The notes under the pieces were generated by a model. It was not told the DNA's origin, searched no databases, and saw only the letters and a program-made list of their open reading frames with translations. The position numbers and the translations under genes were made by a program. Positions 47,130-56,155 of a DNA stretch of 64,000 nt are shown one piece after another. Numbering within the stretch: position 1 is the stretch's first letter; each line of letters begins with the position of its first letter. Source of the DNA: a virus (taxonomy: Duplodnaviria > Heunggongvirae > Uroviricota > Caudoviricetes). The stretch spans positions 18,630 to 82,629 of IMG/VR virus record IMGVR_UViG_3300032053_000009, one strand, 5' to 3'.

Positions 47130-48488
47130 TTAGACCGCAGTGTTGACGAAGATGCTGAACGTCACTTGAATGAAGCGCAACGGAAACACCGGAGCCACTT
47201 CAAACGACACGTTCACCTGGCGAGGATCAACAAGGTCGAGCTTCGCCGTGATGTTACGGAACGCTGTGATGATGCTTGAGCTGATGAAGTTTTGGAGTAT
47301 CGACTGCACGCTGGCTTCGATGTTCTTCGTCGTGCCGCCAAGCAGTTTCGTTCCAATGTACCTCGCATCAAGCGCTGCCCTCACAGTTTTTCGCAACACA
47401 TCTTTTATTCTCCGAACACTGGGTTCCACTCGCTCAATACTGGACACGTCCGTGGTTGATGCTTCTTTCACGTACACGCCACTATCATTCTGTTGGAGAA
47501 TTGTGACCCCAGAGCGAAGCATGAACAGAATTTCGCTTCGGATATATTTGAAGTTGTTGACATCCAATCTTGCTGGCAACTTTTTGCGCAGCAGCGGCGT
47601 GGCAACATCATTGGCTGCTTCAACGCCAGCGAAGGCTGCACCTGCGTAGATGGAAGACACAACCAAACGAACATCTTGGGTCGTGCCAATATCTTTCACG
47701 GTGACGCCAACTGACGCCGGAGCAATGAGATTCACACGGTCGCTTGCGATTTGAGTCGCCATACCGCCAATGGTTTGCACGGTATCATTCAGATTGCTTG
47801 ACGCAATCCAAGCATGACGCTCTTTTTGGTTGAAGTCAGTCGATTGCAATTCGACATGATTGATGACAGCGGTGCGAACTTGTGAGTTCGTCACGCCAGT
47901 CACGATCACGGTATCGACTTCTTCTCTTTCTAATTTCGCCAATGCGTCAATGTAAGAGCTTGTTTGCCCATCCACCGCTTGAACAGCCACAACCACGGTT
48001 CCGTCTCCGCCCGCTTCAAACGCCAACAAAGACGCCAGCGTTATTTCGCTGATGACTCCATTGTTTAATTCAGCGCCATACGTCGCTCTCACGTCGTCGA
48101 TGCTGAAGAACGTTTTTGCGTCATAATAGGAAGCGTCCTTCACTAAGTTGTAAGACACATAGTACGACGCACCTGTGTTCGGCTGTTGTCCTGACGGCAA
48201 CCACTGAACTTGATTATCGTTTTGATTGAAGTCAGTTCCGGCGACAAAGTTGAAATACCCTGGCGCCTCACCAACCCCAATGATCGAAGCTACTTCGCCC
48301 GTGAGCGTGTCTGGAATAATGTCAGAGCCATTGGTTAAGCCTTTGACCGTTTCCACGTTATCAACTTCAACGGTCGCACTGCCTGTACCAACGATTCCGG
48401 CGATATTCTGCACGCCAGGACCAAGAGCCAATGATGGATTTTCGATTTCCGATACAATCACACCAGATTCTTTAACGTTAATAGACAT
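47130..48488 (-). CDS. Tail sheath protein
   Basis: SGVIVSEIE N-terminus; ER.A.I; C-terminal SVRRIKD...RYIGTK...DPRQVNVSFEVAPVFPL.FI.V. Confidence 0.9.
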   Translation of the reverse strand: MSINVKESGVIVSEIENPSLALGPGVQNIAGIVGTGSATVEVDNVETVKGLTNGSDIIPDTLTGEVASIIGVGEAPGYFNFVAGTDFNQNDNQVQWLPSGQQPNTGASYYVSYNLVKDASYYDAKTFFSIDDVRATYGAELNNGVISEITLASLLAFEAGGDGTVVVAVQAVDGQTSSYIDALAKLEREEVDTVIVTGVTNSQVRTAVINHVELQSTDFNQKERHAWIASSNLNDTVQTIGGMATQIASDRVNLIAPASVGVTVKDIGTTQDVRLVVSSIYAGAAFAGVEAANDVATPLLRKKLPARLDVNNFKYIRSEILFMLRSGVTILQQNDSGVYVKEASTTDVSSIERVEPSVRRIKDVLRKTVRAALDARYIGTKLLGGTTKNIEASVQSILQNFISSSIITAFRNITAKLDLVDPRQVNVSFEVAPVFPLRFIQVTFSIFVNTAV

Positions 48489-48503
48489 GATGTACTCCTC
48501 CTC

Positions 48504-49190
48504 TTAAAAGTTCGGGTCTGTAATACCATCGACAATCGTAATGAGACCGCCGATGTCTGGTATTTGAATCTTTTTAATCAGTTCAGCTTCGGCTATGGAC
48601 AATGTTTCTTCAAATTCGGTATAAATATCAACGTTCACTTCATGCGTCGTAATCGGGTCATTCCCTATCTTTTCAACGCCTTCCATCCCTAAATTTATAT
48701 CCAGTATTTCGATACCCGAAATCCTGAGCTTTTCAAACACCAAAAATCTCAGACCGGATATAATCTTGTCAACAATGCGCTCTACCTTCTTCGGGTCGTA
48801 ATCGTACACCTTGATATTGACGGTTAAGTTAAGCGGACCTCCATATCGTTCCGCAACAACGCCAGTTCTCGTCAATCCATCAATGAGCACGTCACCAAGC
48901 AACGGCTCTTGGAACTCTCGATTGAGACTCCTGAAGAATCCTTTGCCGACGACTGTATCAACAGTGACAATCGGATAGATCCTAAACTGAACAGGGAAAT
49001 GTTCAAAAACCGTGATCTTTGTGACCCTATTATCAGGATTCCATGTGAAATCGCCAGCCGATGGCGGCACAGCGCCCGTGGGCTGCACCTGCTCAATAAA
49101 TTGCGGATCTGGCAACCCAAATGCCTGAAAAAATTGCTGCAAAACACTGACAAACGTAAGACGAACATAACGTGACGCTCGCAAAATCAT
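48504..49190 (-). CDS. Tail terminator / neck protein (putative)
   Basis: Between neck and sheath; start moved to MILRAS. Confidence 0.6.
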   Translation of the reverse strand: MILRASRYVRLTFVSVLQQFFQAFGLPDPQFIEQVQPTGAVPPSAGDFTWNPDNRVTKITVFEHFPVQFRIYPIVTVDTVVGKGFFRSLNREFQEPLLGDVLIDGLTRTGVVAERYGGPLNLTVNIKVYDYDPKKVERIVDKIISGLRFLVFEKLRISGIEILDINLGMEGVEKIGNDPITTHEVNVDIYTEFEETLSIAEAELIKKIQIPDIGGLITIVDGITDPNF

Positions 49191-49191
49191 A

Positions 49192-50070
49192 TCAACACAC
49201 CTGTTGGTACGGCGCCAGCGTTCCAGGCACAATAAGTTGCGGGTGCTTGTACGCTGCGTCCGTTCTCTCAAGCTCATTCATTTCAAAATCTTGGTGCGTG
49301 ATCAAATTCCTGAAAAAATAAGGTGTCACGTTCAGAATTTCGTACCTTCGGTTCTCGCCATCAATGATAATGTCACGATCATGAAGCCTGGGCGTCCATA
49401 AAGTCCACGATCTGGGTAATCTTTGCTTGCGCCAGCCGTAAGAAGCCAGCTCTTTCATGGCTTGCATATTGTAATACCGGATTTTCACCCGCACGGGCTG
49501 AAAATACGTGTTCGTGTCTGATCGTCCATAGTCTTCGCTTAACGTGGCGTCATTGATGTCCTTCTGCTTGCGCTTGAACAGCCAAAAATCGCCCCCATCC
49601 TGCTCAAGCAACCACAGCGTGCGACGCCGCATCTCCTGAAAGAAATATTCCTGCTGCAAATTCGTCGGGTACATCCCGCTTTGGGACTTGATATTGATCG
49701 TGGACACCTGCGGAGGCGTCGTGAACGTCATGTTCACGTCTCCAAAGGGTGACGTGCTGAACGCCTGCAAATTTTCATACGTCACTGGCTCCGACGGCGT
49801 GCTTTCGCCCAGTACATTCACGGAAGTCACCGAATAATACGGGTCCGTGTCAATAATAATGGGCACATTGCTGTCCACGAACCCCGTGGCTCCTATCAAT
49901 GACACATTCAGCTTCGTAAATGCGCCATAGGGCGTGTAATTCCGGTACACGTTGAACCCGCTGACGCCATTAACGGCATCCCAGGTCAATTGCACCTGCG
50001 TCTCTGGCAGGTTTTGACCTGTCACCAGCAGATTGCGAGCTATGATGTTTTTAGGTGGAAGACATGACAT
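49192..50070 (-). CDS. Head-tail connector/neck protein with N-terminal fibronectin type III domain
   Basis: VQLTWDAV.GVSGFNVYR...YY.VTSVN.LGES (FN3); C-terminal WT.WTPRLHDRDIII...RYEI.NV. Confidence 0.7.
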   Translation of the reverse strand: MSCLPPKNIIARNLLVTGQNLPETQVQLTWDAVNGVSGFNVYRNYTPYGAFTKLNVSLIGATGFVDSNVPIIIDTDPYYSVTSVNVLGESTPSEPVTYENLQAFSTSPFGDVNMTFTTPPQVSTINIKSQSGMYPTNLQQEYFFQEMRRRTLWLLEQDGGDFWLFKRKQKDINDATLSEDYGRSDTNTYFQPVRVKIRYYNMQAMKELASYGWRKQRLPRSWTLWTPRLHDRDIIIDGENRRYEILNVTPYFFRNLITHQDFEMNELERTDAAYKHPQLIVPGTLAPYQQVC

Positions 50071-50545
50071 AATCAAGCACCTCGCTCGAAGCCAGCTCAT
50101 TTGGACTGATCAATTTGTCCAACATTGGCGTTAATGGGAAGCCCGATTCCTTAAAAGCCGTATCCACCCAGCCAGAACACACCTTGTGGCACTGGGTCAC
50201 GCCAAATTTTCCCAAAATCATGTTCAAAAAACTGTAGTGGTCGTTGATGTTCATATAGCACCAGTAAATCGCCCGTATTTTGACAGCATCCGAGCACATC
50301 GGGCGATAAATTACTTTCGGTCTCATGTCATCGGCAAAAAACTCAAAATTGGGCCGAGGCCACTTCATCTGAATAATAATGTCCGGCTCCGAACTCACCA
50401 TAGCCACGTGCGTATAGCCTGGGTATTGAACCTTGCCCATTTCCCCGCCGATCTTCTGAAGCCAGGCAAAGAAATTGTGCTTCCAGGCATCATCGTCTGG
50501 ATAAAAAATCAAATCTCCTGGCTTCAGAACATTCACTGCGTTCAT
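50051..50545 (-). CDS. Permuted papain-like NlpC/P60 (YiiX/YebB-like) hydrolase
   Basis: LKPGDLIFY...YTHVAM (His) precedes ...VCSGWV (Cys); I.P..L C-terminus. Confidence 0.8.
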   Translation of the reverse strand: MNAVNVLKPGDLIFYPDDDAWKHNFFAWLQKIGGEMGKVQYPGYTHVAMVSSEPDIIIQMKWPRPNFEFFADDMRPKVIYRPMCSDAVKIRAIYWCYMNINDHYSFLNMILGKFGVTQCHKVCSGWVDTAFKESGFPLTPMLDKLISPNELASSEVLDYVMSST

Positions 50546-51171
50546 TGAAAATACTCCGACAGAATGTTGAAGTACCGAGTCTCGGTTTCGCTCAATCCAT
50601 CAGGACAATGCACGTGAACACGGAGCTTGAGCGACGTTGGAAAGGCCATAGATTCGTCACTAATAAACGGAATTAAAATTCCTTTTGCCAGATAGACATT
50701 TTGAATCATGTTTGGCATATACACCTGGCTGGTGGCAGCCAAAAGAACATCCGTATTGATGTATTCGTCTGGGTCATCCGAGTTCGTGTAACAATATCCG
50801 CCACGGAAATAAACTTGGGTCGGCCAAGAGATATCAACAAACGAATAGGTCATCCCAGGGTCCATGACGACCTGATACCCTTTCCACTTGTTATAAGTGT
50901 TCATGGGCTGTGGCGACATTGACAATCGTTCTGGACGACCTGTGCCAGCTTTCACTTCCAAAGGAGCATTGGCAGTTGATTTGAAATTGGCTTCAAAATC
51001 TGTTTGGTCCGAACCACCATCCTTGGGAATAGTGGTATGCCACAAGAAAGCACCCGCTTCTGGGGCGAACAGGTCATAATTGTCCGGCATTTCTGAATAC
51101 TGAATCAATAACGCCTTGGAAGTCACCAAAGCCTTAAATGCTGTCCAAGATGAAAGCTCCATAATCTGCAT
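50542..51171 (-). CDS. Putative structural protein, paralog B (shared N-terminal domain)
   Basis: MQIMELSSWTAFK...DFEANFK..AN; start via TAATG. Confidence 0.7.
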   Translation of the reverse strand: MQIMELSSWTAFKALVTSKALLIQYSEMPDNYDLFAPEAGAFLWHTTIPKDGGSDQTDFEANFKSTANAPLEVKAGTGRPERLSMSPQPMNTYNKWKGYQVVMDPGMTYSFVDISWPTQVYFRGGYCYTNSDDPDEYINTDVLLAATSQVYMPNMIQNVYLAKGILIPFISDESMAFPTSLKLRVHVHCPDGLSETETRYFNILSEYFQ

Positions 51172-51839
51172 TAGACTTCCCTCCATGTCAGGTTAATTCC
51201 AGCCGGACGGCTGTTCCCGAAACAAGTCAGCGTAAACAGGATGGTATGATTCGGGTCGATGATTAACGGGTCGTCACCAAAATCATATTCCTTAGTTTCC
51301 CCTGTCATGCTATGAAGCGTTTTTGTTTTTGTCCCAAAAGCTGATGTCGTCGGGCTAAGAAACAGGTTCATGGCAGATGATGGCGGTGAGGTCATTGCCT
51401 TTCCCCAAATGGGCGTGTATGCTGTCCCATTCGCTGTCACCGTCGGGTCGTAATAAATCCTGGCCGTGATTGCGCCAGACGTGTTGGACTGGCAAGCAAA
51501 CAGAACTTCATCCATGCGAATAATCTTTCCGCTTGCCGCAGGATTTTTAACCAAAATAATCGGCACTTCGGTTTGGCTTACCGTCACTTCATAGGTCAAA
51601 CGGAATCCATAATTGCCTTCCGCAAAGATGGTCTTGTTGGCGTATGGCTTGTAGTTCGCCTCAAAATCTATCTGGTCAGCTCCACTATCCTTGTAAATCT
51701 TGATATTCCAAAGGAAAATGTCGCCCTCTGGTGCGTAGACATCGTAAAAATTGTCCACCTCCGCATATTGCATCAACAATTGCTTTGCAACAGCCATTGC
51801 CTTGTAGCTTGTCCATGATGTCATTGCCATTATTTGCAT
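51171..51839 (-). CDS. Putative structural protein, paralog A
   Basis: MQIMAMTSWTSYK...DFEANYK..AN; beta-rich C-terminus. Confidence 0.7.
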   Translation of the reverse strand: MQIMAMTSWTSYKAMAVAKQLLMQYAEVDNFYDVYAPEGDIFLWNIKIYKDSGADQIDFEANYKPYANKTIFAEGNYGFRLTYEVTVSQTEVPIILVKNPAASGKIIRMDEVLFACQSNTSGAITARIYYDPTVTANGTAYTPIWGKAMTSPPSSAMNLFLSPTTSAFGTKTKTLHSMTGETKEYDFGDDPLIIDPNHTILFTLTCFGNSRPAGINLTWREV

Positions 51840-51842
51840 AAT

Positions 51843-54800
51843 TTATACCTCGTACCCGCCAAAATTACCCACCCATATCCTGCTTGATGCGCCCGCTGGC
51901 GTCGTCACCCAACGAATGACCGTTCCAGCGGCCACAGGAAGCGGATCACTAAATGGATAAACACCAGGACCGTGGCCAGGCCATTGTCGATAATCACCCA
52001 ATACTTTTGTTCCGCTTGGATTTTCAAAGCTCGCAAGCCCCAAAATATCATTGGAATTGGATGCGGTCGTAAGCGATGCTCCGACCCCGACATATTCAAG
52101 ATAAAGCGTTTTCCCAGCCGTCACCGTATAGGTCAAAATTATTTGGTCTGCGGTTGTCGCTGTTGTCGTCAAACTTCCTGTCTTCATAACGACGGTTTTC
52201 TTGCCAGTCGAAGCGTTAAGACTGGTCGTCAATCCAACCACCTCGTCAAAAATCATTATCGACAGTTGAGCCACTTCTTGAGAAAGCAATGGTCGCAAAT
52301 CAATACCAGAAACAGCCGTATTTGTAATGATTTGGGACAGCTGCTCCACTTCTTGAGAGCCGTAGAGCTGAAGCGTGGTGAGCTGTTGAATTTCAACAAC
52401 AACCGCCGTATTAAGATTGGAAAGCTGTGTAACCTCTTGGCTCAATAGGGGTCTAATGTCGATTCCAGAAGTCGCTGTGTTGGTAATGATTTGGGACAGC
52501 TGGGCCACTTCTTGCGCCAACAGCGTCACTTGGCTGTCGTTTGACACATTCAAAGTTGTCAGCTGTCCAACTTCTTGAGCAAGCGTCACATTGACCGTTG
52601 TGAGTTGAGTTATTTCCAAAGCCACGGCAAGATTCAAGTCGGAAAGCTGAGTCACTTCTTGGCTCAGAAGCGGACGAATGTCAATTCCTGAAACAGACGT
52701 GTTTGTAACAATGCTCGACAGCTGTCCAACTTCCTGCGCCAACAAAGTTATTTGTGCTGTTTGGTTTGCCGCCGTCGCCACGTTCAAATTAAGCGTTGAA
52801 AGCTGGGCAACCTCTTGCGAGCCATAAAGCTGCAAAGTCGTGAGCTGAGTAACTTCCTGCGTCAGCAAGATCACCTGACTGTCATTGGACGCATTTAAGG
52901 TTGATAACTGAGCAACTTCTTGGACCAAGGTCGTATTGACAGTCGTTAATTGCGTCACCTCCAAGGCGACCGCCGCATTGAGATCCGAAAGTTGAGTCAC
53001 TTCTTGCGAAAGCAATGGTCGTATGTCAATACCGGAAACGCTGGTGTTGGTAATAATCTCAGATAGTTGCGCAACTTCCTGCGTCAATAAAGTGGTAAGC
53101 GGCGCAGAACTCGCATCCGCTGTAAGGGTGATAATTGTTGAAAGCTGCCCCACTTCTTGTGACCCATATAATTGAAGCGTTGAAAGTTGAGTGATCTCAT
53201 GAGCCAAATACGCACGAGTATCAATGCCAGACACTGCCGTATTGACAATTATTTGAGACAACTGCGCCACTTCTTGTGAACCGTAGAGCTGAAGCGTTGT
53301 CAATTGAGTGACTTCAACAACAATGGCCGTATTCAAATCGGAAAGCTGTGTGACTTCCTGTGAGAGCAGAGGGCGCAGGTCGATATCAGAAACGCCAGTG
53401 TTAGTGATGATTTGGCTTAACTGGCCCACTTCTTGAGCCAGAATAATCATGGTATCCGTGAAGCCAGCCGCTGTCGTGGCTATCTGCGTCCGAGCCAAGC
53501 CTTCCAACTCATCGGTGTTTACATCAATGTCGCCAATGTTAATGGACAAACCCTTCAACTCCTGAAGCACACTTAATTGAGTGACTTCAGTCGCCACACG
53601 AATTTGCAGATCAGAAAGTTGGCCAACCCCTTGCGCCAGCAAAACATTTCCATCGGTTTGGTTAATTTCAACCACACTCAACTGGGACACGGCTTGAAAT
53701 CCATAAAGCTCAAGCGTGGATAATTGTTCAACCTGATGACTCAAAATAGGCGTCGTATCGACAGCAACTGTTCCAGTGTTGGTTATTATTTGGCTAAGCT
53801 GAGCTACTTCCTGGGCAACCAAATTCTGAACATTGGTAAATCCATTAGCGATTGTGGCTGTCTGAAGTCTTGTTAAATTTTCCAAGTCGTCAGTATTGAG
53901 ATCGATATCGCCAATGTTAATGGACAGCCCGCTCAGCGATTGAAGCACACTCAGCTGAGTCACCTCGGTTGCTAAACTGGTTTGTAAATCCGAAAGCTGA
54001 GCCACCTCTTGTGCCAACAATGCCCCGCTATCAATTTGGTTAATCTCCACCTGGCTGAGCTGGCTCACCATTTGAGACTCATAAAGCAAGGTCGTGGACA
54101 GCTGAGTGATCTGATTCATCGTTGTCAGGTCGATGGTTGTCAGCTGCGAAATCTCCAACGAAACGGACACATTCAAGTTGCTAAGCTGGTCCACCTGCTG
54201 CGAGCCATAAAGTTCAAGCGTTGAGAGCTGCGTCACTTGATGGCTAAGGAGCTGGGTCGTATCGATTCCGCTTGCGCTCGTGTTGGTAATGATTTGGCTT
54301 AGCTGTGCAATCTCTTGAGACATCAAAGCGCTGTTGCTGACTTGATTGAGTTCAATTTGGCTGAGCTGAGATACTTCTTGGCCGAGCAATAAATAAACAT
54401 TGGTGAACCCTTCCACGGTCGCCAAGATAACGTTGGTCAATCCCTCCGCATTGGACGCTTGGAACTGGCGTGTCAAATCTTCAAGCTGGTCAGTGTTTAC
54501 ATCCACATCCCCAATCGTAATGGACAATCCTTGAAGCTCACTGATGATGGTAGAAAGTTGTCCAACTTCAAAGGCAACATTCGGAGACAGCAAACTGGTG
54601 TTGATTTCAATTTGTGAAAGCTGAGCCACTTGCTGGTCCAGGCTGGGGCTGGTGACGGTCGCAACCGTGTTAATTTTGGCTATGAAATAAGTGACACGGA
54701 CATTGTTGGCTGGTGAGGCCGGAATCGCAGCCGTTGTTACGATTATTTGTCCAGACACTGTAAACGACGTAAAACCTGTCCAATTGATTCCATCAGCCGT

Positions 54801-54998
54801 TATTTCAATGACAACATTGGTTAGGACGGGAGTGTGGGACAAAAGAAATTGCTGCCCAACGGCGTTGTTTCCAGTATATTTTTCCTGAATAGAAAAGAAC
54901 GCACCAATGACTTGGAGCGAATTGTCTCTGACCCGTGCCGCTTCTTTCGTAAGCGGGTCTCTAATGAATAAATCCGAAGATACGCCTTCAAAGCTCAT
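51843..54998 (-). CDS. Large QEVTQLS-repeat fibre protein (putative trimeric coiled-coil whisker or head fibre)
   Basis: 1051 aa; dozens of (Q/L)EV(T/A)QL(S/T) motifs mostly 14 aa apart; globular N- and C-terminal domains. Confidence 0.75.
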   Translation of the reverse strand: MSFEGVSSDLFIRDPLTKEAARVRDNSLQVIGAFFSIQEKYTGNNAVGQQFLLSHTPVLTNVVIEITADGINWTGFTSFTVSGQIIVTTAAIPASPANNVRVTYFIAKINTVATVTSPSLDQQVAQLSQIEINTSLLSPNVAFEVGQLSTIISELQGLSITIGDVDVNTDQLEDLTRQFQASNAEGLTNVILATVEGFTNVYLLLGQEVSQLSQIELNQVSNSALMSQEIAQLSQIITNTSASGIDTTQLLSHQVTQLSTLELYGSQQVDQLSNLNVSVSLEISQLTTIDLTTMNQITQLSTTLLYESQMVSQLSQVEINQIDSGALLAQEVAQLSDLQTSLATEVTQLSVLQSLSGLSINIGDIDLNTDDLENLTRLQTATIANGFTNVQNLVAQEVAQLSQIITNTGTVAVDTTPILSHQVEQLSTLELYGFQAVSQLSVVEINQTDGNVLLAQGVGQLSDLQIRVATEVTQLSVLQELKGLSINIGDIDVNTDELEGLARTQIATTAAGFTDTMIILAQEVGQLSQIITNTGVSDIDLRPLLSQEVTQLSDLNTAIVVEVTQLTTLQLYGSQEVAQLSQIIVNTAVSGIDTRAYLAHEITQLSTLQLYGSQEVGQLSTIITLTADASSAPLTTLLTQEVAQLSEIITNTSVSGIDIRPLLSQEVTQLSDLNAAVALEVTQLTTVNTTLVQEVAQLSTLNASNDSQVILLTQEVTQLTTLQLYGSQEVAQLSTLNLNVATAANQTAQITLLAQEVGQLSSIVTNTSVSGIDIRPLLSQEVTQLSDLNLAVALEITQLTTVNVTLAQEVGQLTTLNVSNDSQVTLLAQEVAQLSQIITNTATSGIDIRPLLSQEVTQLSNLNTAVVVEIQQLTTLQLYGSQEVEQLSQIITNTAVSGIDLRPLLSQEVAQLSIMIFDEVVGLTTSLNASTGKKTVVMKTGSLTTTATTADQIILTYTVTAGKTLYLEYVGVGASLTTASNSNDILGLASFENPSGTKVLGDYRQWPGHGPGVYPFSDPLPVAAGTVIRWVTTPAGASSRIWVGNFGGYEV

Positions 54999-56152
54999 GC
55001 TGTGCCTCCATTGGCATAAATCTGCAAATCAACGGGAATCGTTGATGTCGTCACAAACATTGTGTCCGTGTTTTGCTCCTCAAAAGTAAATCTCCCGTTC
55101 GCCAAATTGATTGCCGGATTGGATATAGAGCCAAACTTTACCGACACCGGATTGCTCGTCGCAAAATACACATCCTGCATCCGAACCCCAAAATTGTATG
55201 TCACATCCGTTAAGCCCGCTGGCTGCGTTGTCTCAAAAGCATAATACTTTCCGTGCGGAGCCGATGTCGTTATTGACAGCCCTTCCAATGTCTGCAACAC
55301 GCTCAGTTGTGTGACTTCTTGATTCAGCGTGGTGGAACTGAAGTTAAAGCACAGCCCTTCCAAATCATAAAGGATGCTGAGTTGAGTGACCTCCTGCGCC
55401 AGTGACGTAGAATCCAAATTAACACAGAGACCCGACAGCTCTTGGAAAATGCTGAGCTGTGTTTGTTCCGTCGCCAGCCGCATCTGCAAATCAGAGAGTT
55501 GAGTCACCTCCTGCGCTTCAAGCGCCAGAACATTGGTTAAGCCTTCCGCAATCGTCCCTGTTTGAATTCGAGTCAGGGTTTCCAGCTCGTCCGTATTGAC
55601 ATTTACATCCCCAACAGAAACAGACAACCCATCCATTGCCGCCAGGATACTCAGCTGCGTCACTTCCTGGTTGAGCGATGGTGCGTTAAAGCACAACCCC
55701 TTCAACTCTTGAAGGACGCTCAACTGTGTAGCTTCCGTGGCGACGGTCGTTATCAGGTCAGACATCTGCGCCACCTGCTGCGAAGCCAGGACCAGTCCTT
55801 GTAAGATCAAATCAATCTGCGTCAGCTGGCTGGCCTCCAACGCCAACGTGGGACTGGTCAAGCTCAAATTCCAAGTCCCATCAAGGTTAGGCGTGGCCAA
55901 AAGGTCGTGCTTGTTCCCCAGTGAATCAACGCCCTGAATGATGACCTTTCCAATCGTTATGGGCGGCAGCGCTATTTCCGTGTTGGATGCCAGGGCATAC
56001 TGATCCGTGGTCCCATCTATCAACGAAACGTTGATGGGAACAATAACACCATCCGAGCGCTGGCCCGCCAATACAGCAACGTATTCGGAGTCAGCACTCC
56101 GTGGAAAGTGCTTCTTGTTTAGATCAGGATGCCAAGTTGGAAATATCTCCAC
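54995..56152 (-). CDS. Shorter QEVTQLS-repeat protein
   Basis: 385 aa; same repeats and GL..S.GD..VNTDELE knot; GTG start. Confidence 0.75.
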   Translation of the reverse strand: MEIFPTWHPDLNKKHFPRSADSEYVAVLAGQRSDGVIVPINVSLIDGTTDQYALASNTEIALPPITIGKVIIQGVDSLGNKHDLLATPNLDGTWNLSLTSPTLALEASQLTQIDLILQGLVLASQQVAQMSDLITTVATEATQLSVLQELKGLCFNAPSLNQEVTQLSILAAMDGLSVSVGDVNVNTDELETLTRIQTGTIAEGLTNVLALEAQEVTQLSDLQMRLATEQTQLSIFQELSGLCVNLDSTSLAQEVTQLSILYDLEGLCFNFSSTTLNQEVTQLSVLQTLEGLSITTSAPHGKYYAFETTQPAGLTDVTYNFGVRMQDVYFATSNPVSVKFGSISNPAINLANGRFTFEEQNTDTMFVTTSTIPVDLQIYANGGTA

Positions 56153-56155
56153 CTA

